From the NCBI GenBank assembly GCA_965367705.1, contig CBDUKC010000001.1:1-49126 (forward strand): DNA of 49,126 nt, given 5' to 3'. Below the pieces are notes generated by a model. It worked only from the letters and a program-made list of their open reading frames with translations, ran no database searches and had not been told where the DNA came from. A program made the position numbers and the translations under genes. This document shows positions 1-12,500 of this stretch, piece by piece. This DNA is from an uncultured Maribacter sp. (lineage in GTDB: Bacteria > Bacteroidota > Bacteroidia > Flavobacteriales > Flavobacteriaceae). The stretch's first letter is position 1; the number at the start of each line of letters is the position of its first letter.

Positions 1-545
1 ATGCGTGTTAATTCAAATCTAATAGCTTAACAGAAAGGAACTCGCCTCATTCTGTTTTCAAGGACTTCTTTTCTAGCTTAAGCGAACAACTATTCGTGAT
101 AATACTTTAAAAGCCTCCTATATGGCATTTATACTTCGCGGACCATACCCTGGCTTAAACAGCCTTAGAAACTAGAATTGCACTGCAGCAATTTTTTAGA
201 TTTAAACATAATAACGCTTTAAGCCTAAATTCAAAATTTAGGTTTTTTTAGTGGTCTAAAACCTAAACTATTTCCTAGGCATATTCAAACAGATTGCTTT
301 GTCTGTTCTGAAAACAAAGGGATTGAATAAAATCAAACCTTTGTTAAATGCAATTTCACAACATAAAAGGAGAAGTCCACAACATATAATTCTACACCCA
401 GTAAGGAAGGGCAATATTTGTTATTGGATAGCTCCAAGGTCACGGTATTTCAGTCTATGAAATTCGCGAATAGGAGCTGTCTAACGAAAATACACCTATG
501 GCCAACTTATATATGTTTTCAGATAGTACCAAACGTACTGAACTA

Positions 546-3500
546 ATGAGACCAACAACACTAAGAGGCATTCTGATGGCCTGTTTTATCTTTTTGGTCC
601 AATTTATAAGTATTGCACAAGAATATGTGCCGTTTACCCCGCGACTTGATGGAGGTAATATTGAAGTAAGGGGAGATATTATTTTTGTTGGAAATAATAT
701 TTTGAACAGGGCATCTGAAAGTAATCCAAGCGAAGCAAACACCCCGTATAACGGAACGGCGAATAATAATTCCTTGTGGATGGAATATATCGATATTGAT
801 AGCGACTCCGCCACATTTAGCTCAAGTAGTGCTGAATTAAACCTTGTAGACCCAGACTGTTCCCAAGTAAGGTATGCAGGTCTTTATTGGGCAGGGACTT
901 ATCCCAACGAGCGCAGTACAGATGGGGGCGCCCAGTTCAATGGAACACCAAGAATAGAGGAATGGAATGAAATAAAATTTAGGGTTCCCGGTGGTGCCTA
1001 TGTAGATTTGGTGGCAGATAACAACCCGGATCCTTTAGGACAGGAGGATGACATTATTTTAGACGGCTACCAACCTGGTAATCCAGGCGTCTTTGTAAAG
1101 GACGGTCCAGTTATATGCTACAAAAACATAACAGACCTAGTTCGCTCCAACCCAAATCCAAACGGGGCATATACAGCCGCCAATATTAGAGCAACCAGGG
1201 GCCGTAGAAATGGTTCAAGTTCAGCGGGTTGGGTAATGGTCATCATTTATGAGAACCCCAATGAATCTGGTAAGTTCATATCCACATTTGATGGCTACGC
1301 TAGTCTCTCTGGAGCAGTAGGAAATGTGGACGTGAGTGTTAATGGGTTTAGAACCCTACCTGCTCCTTTTAGCGTAAATGCCAAAATAGGTGTTGGTTCC
1401 TTGGAAGGAGATCGAGGTATTAGGAATGATAGATTTTTTATTGAGGCGAACTCAAGTGGCAGTGGATTTACCAACCTCTCAACGGGTCTTAACCCTGCTA
1501 ACAACTTTTTCAATTCAACAATTACAACAAATGGTGCGGAGGTGCCTACAAGATTACCTTACGGTACGAATACCTTGGGCACAGATTTAGATATTTTTAA
1601 TTTAGACAATCAATTCAATAATATACTTCCTAACGACGAAACAGGGGCCACTTTAAGGTTTACCTCTTCTGGTGATGGCTATGGGCCTTTTTTAACTGTA
1701 TTCTCGGTGGAGATTATTGAGCCCAATATTGTTCTTGAAAAAAGAGTTAATACTCCGGGGGGTGTTGATATTACCGGACTGGGTGTAAACCTTGGTCAAG
1801 TGCTGGATTATGTGCTTTCTTTTGAAAATATTGGTAATGACGATGCAGCGAACTATACGATACGTGATATCTTACCTGTAAACGTTTCTCCACCAGACGG
1901 ACGAACGGATTTTATTGCCTCTGATTTTGTGTTGCCTCCTGGCGTTACCTACACATATACTGCAGCTTCAAGAGAAGTGATTTTTACCATTCCAAATGAT
2001 TTGGTACAGGAAGGAGATCCGGTCTATTCCATTCGAATGCGGGTAAAGGTCGCTGAAAACTGTTTTGACTTTATAGACGCATGTTCTGATTTAATTCAGA
2101 ATTTGGCCTACTCTACCTATAGTGGTGTTGAGAATTCCGCAATCATAACGGATGACCCAAGTGTGACCGATTTTAATGCCTGCGGCTTTGTAATACCAGG
2201 GGCTACCAACTTTTTATTGGATGACCTTTCTGACTGTAATTTTGAACGTACGGTAGAACTTTGTGGAAATTTTGCGATACTGGATGCCGGGGATGGTTTT
2301 GATGAGTATATATGGGTACGGGATGATAATGGCAACAATCTATTTGATGCTACGGACACTGTAATTACGGACGGCGACCCGGACAACGATCCTAGTACGA
2401 TTATAGTAGCACAGATAGGCACCTATATCGTAGATAAAATCGTAGCCGACCCTTGTAAGGGTTTTAAAGAGATAATCACAGTAGAACAATATGGATCTGG
2501 TCTTATTCCAAATCCGATTATAGAGTACTATAATCAGGTCAATGGAGATACCGACCCTTTTAATGATATAGCGGGGGAAATAGTACAATGTAGTGTAGAT
2601 AACGATTTGTTGCCAAAATTGTTCTTATGCGGTATTGATGATACAAAGCTCCTTCAAGTAAATATTTTGGATGCCCAAAGCATCGTGTGGGAAAGATTAG
2701 ATGAAGGTAGCTGCGACCCTTCGGGAGATGATTGCGCGAATAAAGCATTGACCTGTACTTGGAGCCAAGTCGCTACAGGGAACAACTATACCGTTAATAA
2801 TGAAGGACAATACAGACTATCGGTAACCTACCAAAATGGGTGTACAAGCCGATTTTATTTCAATGTGTTTCAAAACACCTTGGATATTCTATATAATAAA
2901 GAAGACATCATTTGTAGTGACCCTGGCAACATAACCATTACCAATTTAGGTAATGGGTACGGGTATCAGCTGGTAGATGCCGCAACCAACACTATTTTAA
3001 CTTCGTTTGCAGCCAATAATGGCCCTAGTTTTGATTTTGCTTCAGGAGAAAATGGAAGCTATATTGTTGAGGTTACGCAATTGGATAATACGGGAACACC
3101 CATAGCTGACGCTTGTATATTCAGAACCCCAGAGATAGGGATTCTAGATAGAGCGGTGTCATATGCAGTAACCCCTGAGGATGCTACATGTAGCGGCCTT
3201 GGTTCCATTAATGTCCAGATAAACAATGCAGACCCTAACTACGAATATGAACTACGATTGGACGATGGTAGTAATGGCGGCCAAGGAACCTTGATTGATA
3301 ACGAGACCGCACAACCTGATAATAATTTTACGTTTACGGATTTGAATGCAGGCAACTATATTGTAATAGCACGAACCGACGATGGATGTGAGCATACAGA
3401 GCAAGTTTCCATAGTGAACAATAACGACCTTGAGATAACAGCAAGAGTTTCCCAACACATTACGTGTAGAGAAGGAAATATATTGGTAGATTCCGGCGGA

Positions 3501-6500
3501 GGAAAGACACCACATACCTACGCCATTTGGTCTTTTGTAGACAACTCTGGGACCACAGTAACTTCATATCCAACACCACAGGATATTCCTTCTTCCGAAT
3601 TTCAGTCCAGTCAGATTTTTGATATTATGGATGCTGGTAATTATGTCTTTTTAGTGGTAGATCGAAACAATTGTTTCTCATTTTCTAATGAGGTAACCAT
3701 AGAATTTAGACCTGCTGCAGATTTTGACCCTACCTCTGTCATTGATGTCGCTTGTTTTGGTGATTCAAGTGGAACCATCCAATTTAACCTTTTGGATGAT
3801 AACGGATTTCAACTTACTTTTTTTCTATATGATGAAAATGGGGTAGAGCTCGCGACTAATACGTCTGGGTATTTTCCAAATCTACCTACTGGGGATTATG
3901 AAATTGTAATCAATCAAAGAAAAGGTAGCGCCTCTTGTGATTATACAGAGCAACATACAATTTCTGGCCCTGCAAATGCCATAGCCGCAACATCGGTTTT
4001 AATACAGGACTTTACGTGTATTCAGAATGGTATCATCGAAGTGCAAAACGTAACCGGGGGAACAGCTCCTTATTCGTTTAGTATAGATGGGGTGAATTTT
4101 GTTCCCGACACCACACCAAATGCAAACCGATTCGAAAATTTAACGGATGGAACATATACGCCGCAAGTGAGAGATGCTGCGGGCTGTGTATTCCCAACAG
4201 ACCCTATAATCATTGCCCCACTATTGGAGCCAACTGACTTAACGTTTGTTGCAGCGACACCAAACTGTCCGTCCCTTGTATCTGATGTTACGGTTTCTGT
4301 GGTAGACGGGAATCCTAATTTTACATACGAGATAATTGCTCCTGCCGGAGATGTTATAAATAATGGTACGTCCAACACCTTTGCTGACTTGGCACCAGGA
4401 ACCTATACGTTTAGTGTAACGGACACTAAAGGATGTACTATACAGGAGGATTTTACCATCATCCCCGTAGATAGGATAAGTGTTATTGGACAATTGGATA
4501 GTAATGTTACCTGCTTGGGTGCTTCTGACGGAGCGGTTACCTTTACTATTTCCGACTTTGTTACATCTTTTGATTATAGCGTAAGTGGGCCAAGTACTTT
4601 TTCTGGGACTGCAGAAACTGCGAATACTATTCCGTTGACTGGACTTCCAGCAGGCACATACACAATTACGGTTACGGATAACAATACTAATTGTACAGAC
4701 ACTACGGATGTTACCGTGGCAGCACCACCCGCCGTATTAAGTATAGCAACTTTGGACGTTATAGACTTAACATGTTCCACAACAGGAACCGTACCCGGTT
4801 CTGTTACCATTACAGCCTCTGGAGGTTGGGGAGGGTTTGAATACGAACTGGCAGACCCTTCAGGAGCCGTTACTGGCCCGCAAGGAAATAATACGTTTAC
4901 AGGTCTTACCGATACTTCTGGAAATTATACGATTACCGTTAGAGATGCTGGTGGCTGTGAAATTACGAACACCTTTAGTTTAACACCTACAGTGGCTCCC
5001 GTTTTAGAGGTAATAGCTAATAGCCTATGTTATGATAGCGCTACCGGCCTCGTATTAACAGCAAACGTAACATCGGGAGGTGTTGCACCGTTCCAATATA
5101 GGCTTAATGGTGGGGCTTATCAATCTAATACTAATTTCACAGGATTAGCACCTGGCAGCTATACGGTTGAGGTGATAGATAGTAAGAACTGTACGGGAAT
5201 CGCAACCATTGATGTGTTTCCTACTATGACAGCTAATGCTGCCTTGATCAAGGATTTGGATTGTAGTGTACCACCAGATGCAGAAATCAGCCTGAATATT
5301 ACAGGAGGAAATCCAAGTTTTACCTATGAAGTCTTTTTGGATGGTACGCTTTATCAAGCTAGCTCGGCTGTACCAAGCATTCCTTTTTCTTATTTCACTA
5401 CCACTGCAGGAACGTATACGTTTACGATTACAGATAGCCAAAGCTGTATGATTACCACCAACGAAGTAGTGGTAACAGATAATGTTCCACCGACCAGTAC
5501 GCCAATCATCACAGCTGTGTTATGTAACGGGGATGCCAATGGAGTGGTGAACTTGAACGTTTCGGGAGGCATACCTCCGTATGCAATAACGTTTAACGGA
5601 AGTGCAGCGTCTACCCAACAAACGTATTCCGGTCTTTCCACTGGCACGTATAACTATACGGTTACGGATAGTAAAGGCTGTATTTTTAATGGTACGGCCC
5701 TTGTATCCGAACCAGATGCAATAGTATTGGCTACCAACATTACAACAGATTATACCTGTACTTCCGGTGCCGCTACAGTAACTGTTACCAGCACGGTTGG
5801 AGGTGTTGGACCTTATCTATATAGCATAGATGGTGTTAATTTTAGTGGAACGAGTACGTTTACAGGTTTAACCGAAGGAAGCTACACCATCACCGTGCGT
5901 GATGCGAACCAGTGTACAACCACCAGCGTAGAAACCATAGCGCCATTGAATCCACCTACGGATTTGGCGTTTACACAAACGGCACCAACTTGTCCTGCAA
6001 TAGAAAGCGATGTAACAGTTGCTGTTACAGGGGGTAATAGCCTCTTTACTTACGAAATTGTTGCTCCGGCATCAAGTATTGCAAACAACGGAAATAATGC
6101 AACATTTGCTGGGTTGTCTCCTGGCACCTACACTTTTAGGGTAACCGACGATAAAAATTGTGTCATTGAGGAGGATTATACCATTAATCCTATCCCTGAA
6201 ATAGGTGTGCTGCATCAATTGGTGAGAAATGTAACTTGTTTTGGTGACACTGATGGGGAATTTACTTTTACTGCATCTGATTTTGTTAACACATTTAGTT
6301 ACACGGTGGTTGATAGCGGGGGTAATGTAGTTCAATCGAATAACAATATTAATACAACTACTGCAATTGCCGTATCTGGCCTTCTTGCCGATTCTTATAC
6401 CGTAAATGTTGTAGATGATACGACCAATTGCGATATTTCTATAACAGCCCTGATTGAAGGACCCTTGGCAGCATTGGATTTTACCTTTACCAATACACCG

Positions 6501-9500
6501 GTAACCTGTGCTGAAAATGCCACCATTACGTTAAGTGCTGCGGGAGGTTGGGCAAATTATACCTACCAATTGGAAAACACAGTAGGTCCTACTATCGTTT
6601 ATCCTTATCAGTCAAGTAACACGTTTAGCGATGTTCCTGTTGGATCCTATACTATTTATGTCCGTGATGGAAATGGGTGTATAGTAGACAAGCCAATTAC
6701 CATAGATCCAGCAGAAACACCTGCAATAACCCTTGCGGCCTCGGATTTTTGTTTTGATGACACAGATCAAGCATCGCTTACTGTAGATGTAGCTAACGGT
6801 GTTGCTCCATATTCTTATAGTATAAACGGAGGTGGTCAAAACACTTTTACAGGAACTTCTGTAACTATTCCAAATTTAATACCAGGAACGTATGACATTC
6901 AAATCACTGATGCTTTTGGATGTGTTTCCAACGTACTCACTCAAACCATAGCACCATCATTAACAGCTAATGCGGTTGTTACGAAGGCTTTGGATTGTAC
7001 GGTGTCTCCAGATGCAAACATAGATGTGAATATCAATAATGGATATCTTCCATATGCTTCTTACGAAGTAAGTACGGACGCGGGTATCTCTTGGTCTCCC
7101 GCCACTCCTATAGTTGGCACAACATTCTCATACTCCGCGGCAACTGCTGGCATTTATGATTTTAGGATTACCGATGCAAGGGGCTGTACGGTAATTACCA
7201 GTGCTGAAGTAGTACCTATTGTTAGTCCAGTGATTACTTCTTTAGTGCAAACAACGGATATATTATGTAATGGTGATGCAGGTGCGTCCATTCAAGTGAA
7301 TCTAGATATCACACAAGGAGTAGCGCCGTTTGTTATTACTGTTTTTAATATAACCACAGCTACCAATTACAGCACGCAAACTGCAGGTTTGCCAGCAGGA
7401 ACTTATGAGGTTACGGTAACCGATTCTAAATCCTGTACGGATATGGAAACGATTGTAATTAGCGAACCAGACCCCCTTTCTTTTGAAACAGTCTTAACGG
7501 ATATTACATGTGACTCCGCTGGATCGGATCCAACCAACAACACCATTCCTGGTTCTATTACTGTATTTAATACAGCAGGAGGAACAGCCGAATACACCTA
7601 TTATTTAACCGCGAACAATGGTATGCCAACCCAAACCTATACCACAACACCAGGTAATCTTGACCATACCTTTAATATTTTAAACTTTGGCATCTATAAT
7701 GTTCAAGTGGTGGATGCTAATGGATGTTCTTTAAATAGTGATGAAATTATCGCATCACCGCCAGATGACCTTGATATTGACGTAAGTGCAATAACTGCAG
7801 ATTGTGTTGCTGGCGGAGAAGCGGTAGTAACGGTTTCCTCTGCCTTTAGCAGTGGTACCTATGAATTTGCAATATTGGAAACCTACAGTCCGCCCTTTTC
7901 TGTTAACTATCAAAATGCAGATGTGGTTGGAGGCGATTCAGCTACGTTTTCCGGATTAATACCTGGTATTACCTATACTTTTGTTGTGTACGATTTAGCA
8001 ACCAAATGTTATTATTTTGAAACTGCGGATGCACCCATAAATTCGCCTTCCGGGCTTACATCAACATTAGACGTTGTTGCTAACGTCAGCTGTACCGGAA
8101 GTGCAGATGGAAATGTAAGCTTTACATTTGACAACTATGCCAGTGACGCTACGGACGTAACCTATGAAATTTTTAATTTTCAGTCGAATACAACTACAGG
8201 AATAAGCGGAACCTCTAGTGTGAACCCTCCAGCGGTGGGCACAGGAGTTTCAGTTCCTAACTTAGGGCCATTACCCCAGGGAGTGTACTATATCTTGTTT
8301 AATGAAGTAAATGGAACGTTTAATGGATGTTCCGTAGCTTCTGATGTTTTTACAATAGAGGAAGCTGCCGTTCAGTTGGTCGCTACCGCAACACTTGAGA
8401 AAAACGATAATTGTAACCCTAATGCGGGTCAGATTTCAGCTATTGGGCAGTTCGGTAGAGCGCCTTACGAATATCAACTAGCATTAAGTACGGATGTAGC
8501 ACCCACAGTCGCTATTTGGACCGGTAACAGCACTAATTTCTTCAACGTAGAAGGAGGTAGCTATACCGTATATGTTAAAGATGCATTTGGTTGTATCCAA
8601 TCGGATGACGTTGTTGTTCCCGTTGATCCTTCCCCTGAAATAAGCGTTCTTGTGAACGATCAGTGTACAGCGAACGAAGGTAGTTTTAGCGCAGTAATCA
8701 CTTTAGATGTCGCCGGGATAGTGCCCCATGTAATACGAATAGATGGTGGAGCACCAATAGCAGCTTCTGGTTTGGTTAATAGTGGGGATACCATGACCAT
8801 TTCAAACTTAAGTTCAGGTACGCACACATTTGAAATTATTGATCAAAATGGATGTGGTGAAATAGAATCGATTACCATTTACCCACCTCTAACAGCCTTG
8901 GTAGCCATAAGTTCCGATGAGAACTGTGACCCTGCTAATACAGGCGAAGTTACTGTAACCGCTAGTGGTGGTTCAGGCACGTATACCTATACCTTAATTA
9001 CACCAGCAGGACCTAACAATGGGACAGGAATATTCGGCGGACTTACCCATTCGGTATCCTATACATTCGAGGTGGAGGACACTGTAACTAATTGTACGGT
9101 GCCCGTAACCATTACATTACCAGTACCCTCATTACCAACATTTAGCTTATCCAACACGGATGTGAGCTGTTTTGGAGGAAACGATGGTAGCATAACCGTA
9201 ACATTGGCTCCAGGAAATATAGATATACCTTACCTATATAGCTTGGACGGAGGAGCGACTACACAAACATCCAATGTATTCAGTGGCTTGTCCCAAGGAA
9301 CATATAATGTAACTGTAATCTCCGATAAAGGATGTGAAGACACTAGGGCTATTGATGTGAACGAGCCATCAGCCTTGAGCATAGCGGCTTCGGCTTCAAC
9401 TTTTAGTTGTGACGATACGGCCAGTACGATAACCGTTACCATCAATAATGATGGATTTGGTAATCCTTCAGGAACCGGACCTTACCTGTATAGTTTTGAT

Positions 9501-12500
9501 AATGGCGCCAATTTTGGACCCAATAACACGTTCCAGGTAGCTTTTGGCGCTCCTGATGTAACTATTGTTGTACAGGACAGCAATGGCTGTGCCGATTCCG
9601 TTATAGTTTCGATACCGCTGAGAGATGAAGTAACAGCGCTCATTAACGTAGCACAGGTAATAGATTGTGTTAATGGGGAGGAAAGAATAGCTATAACAGC
9701 ATCTAATGGTTCTGGGAACTATACTTATACAGCGTTGCCCAGTGGAATTGTGGTACCAGACCCTACGAACATCGTAATTACCGCACCCGGTAATTATGTT
9801 TATGAAATTACGGATACCACCACGAACTGTTCAGTGACCGTGGAACACAACGTAGCTCCTTACGACCTGCTTGATGTCACAGCTGCCCCCACTACGGACG
9901 CAACCTGTAGTGATAGCACCAATGGAACTATTGAAGTTACCGTTTCCGGATATATTGGAACATTCGATTATCAAGTGTTAGACGCTTCAGGAGTTGTTAT
10001 CGCCGGCACACAAGCCTCGGACAATGCAACAATAGACCCTTATGTCTTTACGGTGTCCACCACATTTGGTGCAGGCACGTATAGTGTGGAAATCAACCAA
10101 ACGGCCTTCCCACAATGTGCGGATATATCAAACACGGTAACCATCGACGCTCCGGAACCTTTGGCATTGCAACTCATAGACAATGTAAACGCTAACTGTA
10201 ACGAGGCGAATGCCATAGTTACGGTGTTGGCAACTGGCGGAACACCCCTATATACATATGGAGCCTCTATAAGCGGAGCAGGCATACCAGCAACCTTTGC
10301 TTTTGACAATACTATTGAGTTGGACCCTACGGTAAGCCTTGCTTGGGATATTTATGTACAGGATAGTAATGGATGTATTATTGGCCTGCCATTGCCTATT
10401 ACCATCGCAACGGATACTACCCCAGATGTTTCACTTAATGTTGCAGATGTTTGTGCTGCCGAAGGTAGTTTTGAAATCATTGTAACACTAGATGCCATAA
10501 ATACGGGTGTTGCACCATACACTATGCGTATTACAGGCGGTACGTTCCAAAGCATTGCGAGTTTCCCTTACACCTATTCAGGTTTAAATGCAGGGACATA
10601 TGATATAGAAATTAGGGACGCGAATGGTTGTTCTGAAATAGAAAGTATTACTATAGCTTCAGAGTTGCGTATAAATACAGTAGTAAATGCGCAACCAAGC
10701 TGTAACACGGATGACGGAATAATTGAGTTTACGGTCAACGGAGGTTCTGGTGCCTTTATAGTAGCATTGTTACGACCGGATTTTTCTCCTGTGGGAATAG
10801 CTCCTACTGGAAACCAGTTTGTAGGTGTAGGCTTTGGAGATTATATTGTTCGTGTTACGGATACGAGCTTAGGAACACCTAACTGTTTTGCAGATGCTTT
10901 CGTAACCTTAGAAGAACCTACTCCAGTAACATTACTAAACACGGATAAAACCGATGTTAGTTGTGCAGGAGCTTCTGATGGTAGTATTTCCGTGAATTTA
11001 GAAACACCTAGTGCGGGAGTAAATGACAACCCACCTTACGTTTTTGTAATAACCGACGGGACCAACACCTTTACCCAAAACAATGGTTTGTTCACAGGAT
11101 TACCTGCGGGCACCTATGATATTACCGTGACGTCTAATAGGAATTGTGTGGCCACCGACCAGGAAATCATAGGAGAGCCAATAGCACTGGATGCTTCAAT
11201 TACAGCCGTTACGGAGTTCGTTTGCGATGTAAACAACGTAACACAGGTAGCGACCATAGAAGTAATGATAACCACAGGTACTGGAACGCCAGATTATTTC
11301 TACAGCGTAAATGGCAGTGGTTTCTTACCAACGAATGGTACTGTGTTTACCTATAGTACAACCGTAGCGGGTACTTATGATATTATTGTTAGAGATGCCA
11401 ATGGATGTCTTTTCCCATTACCAACTCAAACAATTGACCCAATAAATACGTTTACGGCTCAGGTAACACAAAATGCAGCAATTACGTGTACAAATCCTGA
11501 AGAGGTATTAATTACGGTTACGGATGATGGGAACCCTCATAATTATATTTTCGAATTATTACCGGTAGGGAATCCTAATGGCGTTCAAACCGCTACAACG
11601 GCTACTACAGCCACATATAGTTTAAGTGCGGTTGGAAGCTATACCTTTAGAATTACGGATACAGATACGGGATGTTATATAGATACACTGCCGTACGACA
11701 TTGCACCGTTTGATTTCATTGATGTTGTTGCAACTGCTACAACGCCCGTCACTTGTTTTGGAGACGGCAATGGAGCTCTTGAAATAAACATAACAGGATA
11801 TACAGGAACATATAGTTATCAGGTATTCGATGCAGCAGGAAATACGGTCGGCGGACTTGTGAATACAGATACCTCCGTGAACCCAAGACCAATTGGCGGA
11901 CTTTCAGGAGGGAACTATAGTGTTCGAATTACAGAGACAGCGATTCCGTTTTGTACTGATGATTCAAATACGGTCACTATAGTATCACCAGATAGTCCTC
12001 TTACGGTAATAGTAGATGCTATTGGAGACCCAACTTGTGATAATGATCAAGGAGAAATATTGGTCGACCCAAGTGGTGGATACGCTCCCTACGATATCAG
12101 TATGGTAAATACGATTACAGGAGATACATATACTGCAACAGACGTACAGGCAATTTCATTTGCGGGACTTTCGGCAGGCAATTTTGATATCACAGTAACC
12201 GATGCTTCAGGATGTGTCTATACGGACACAGAGGTATTGAACCCAGCAACACCTATAACTGCCAATGCTACACCTTTAATTACAGACTTGGCTTGTTACG
12301 GAGACACGGGAGCAACCGTTTCGGCAAACGTAACAGGAGGCGGAAGCGGTTCCTATGAGTATCAATTAAATTATTACGATGCTGTAGGAACAACCATAAC
12401 CTTTACTACCGGACAACAATTAAGCCCAAACTTTAATGATTTAGGAGCTGGTATTTATAGTATTACCGTTTCCGATGGTTGGAATTGTGATATCATCACC

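Noticed and set aside
455-11356. Many short ORFs (60-119 aa) overlapping the giant adhesin
   Set aside because: Antisense or off-frame shadows of a long coding gene; no recognisable motifs.
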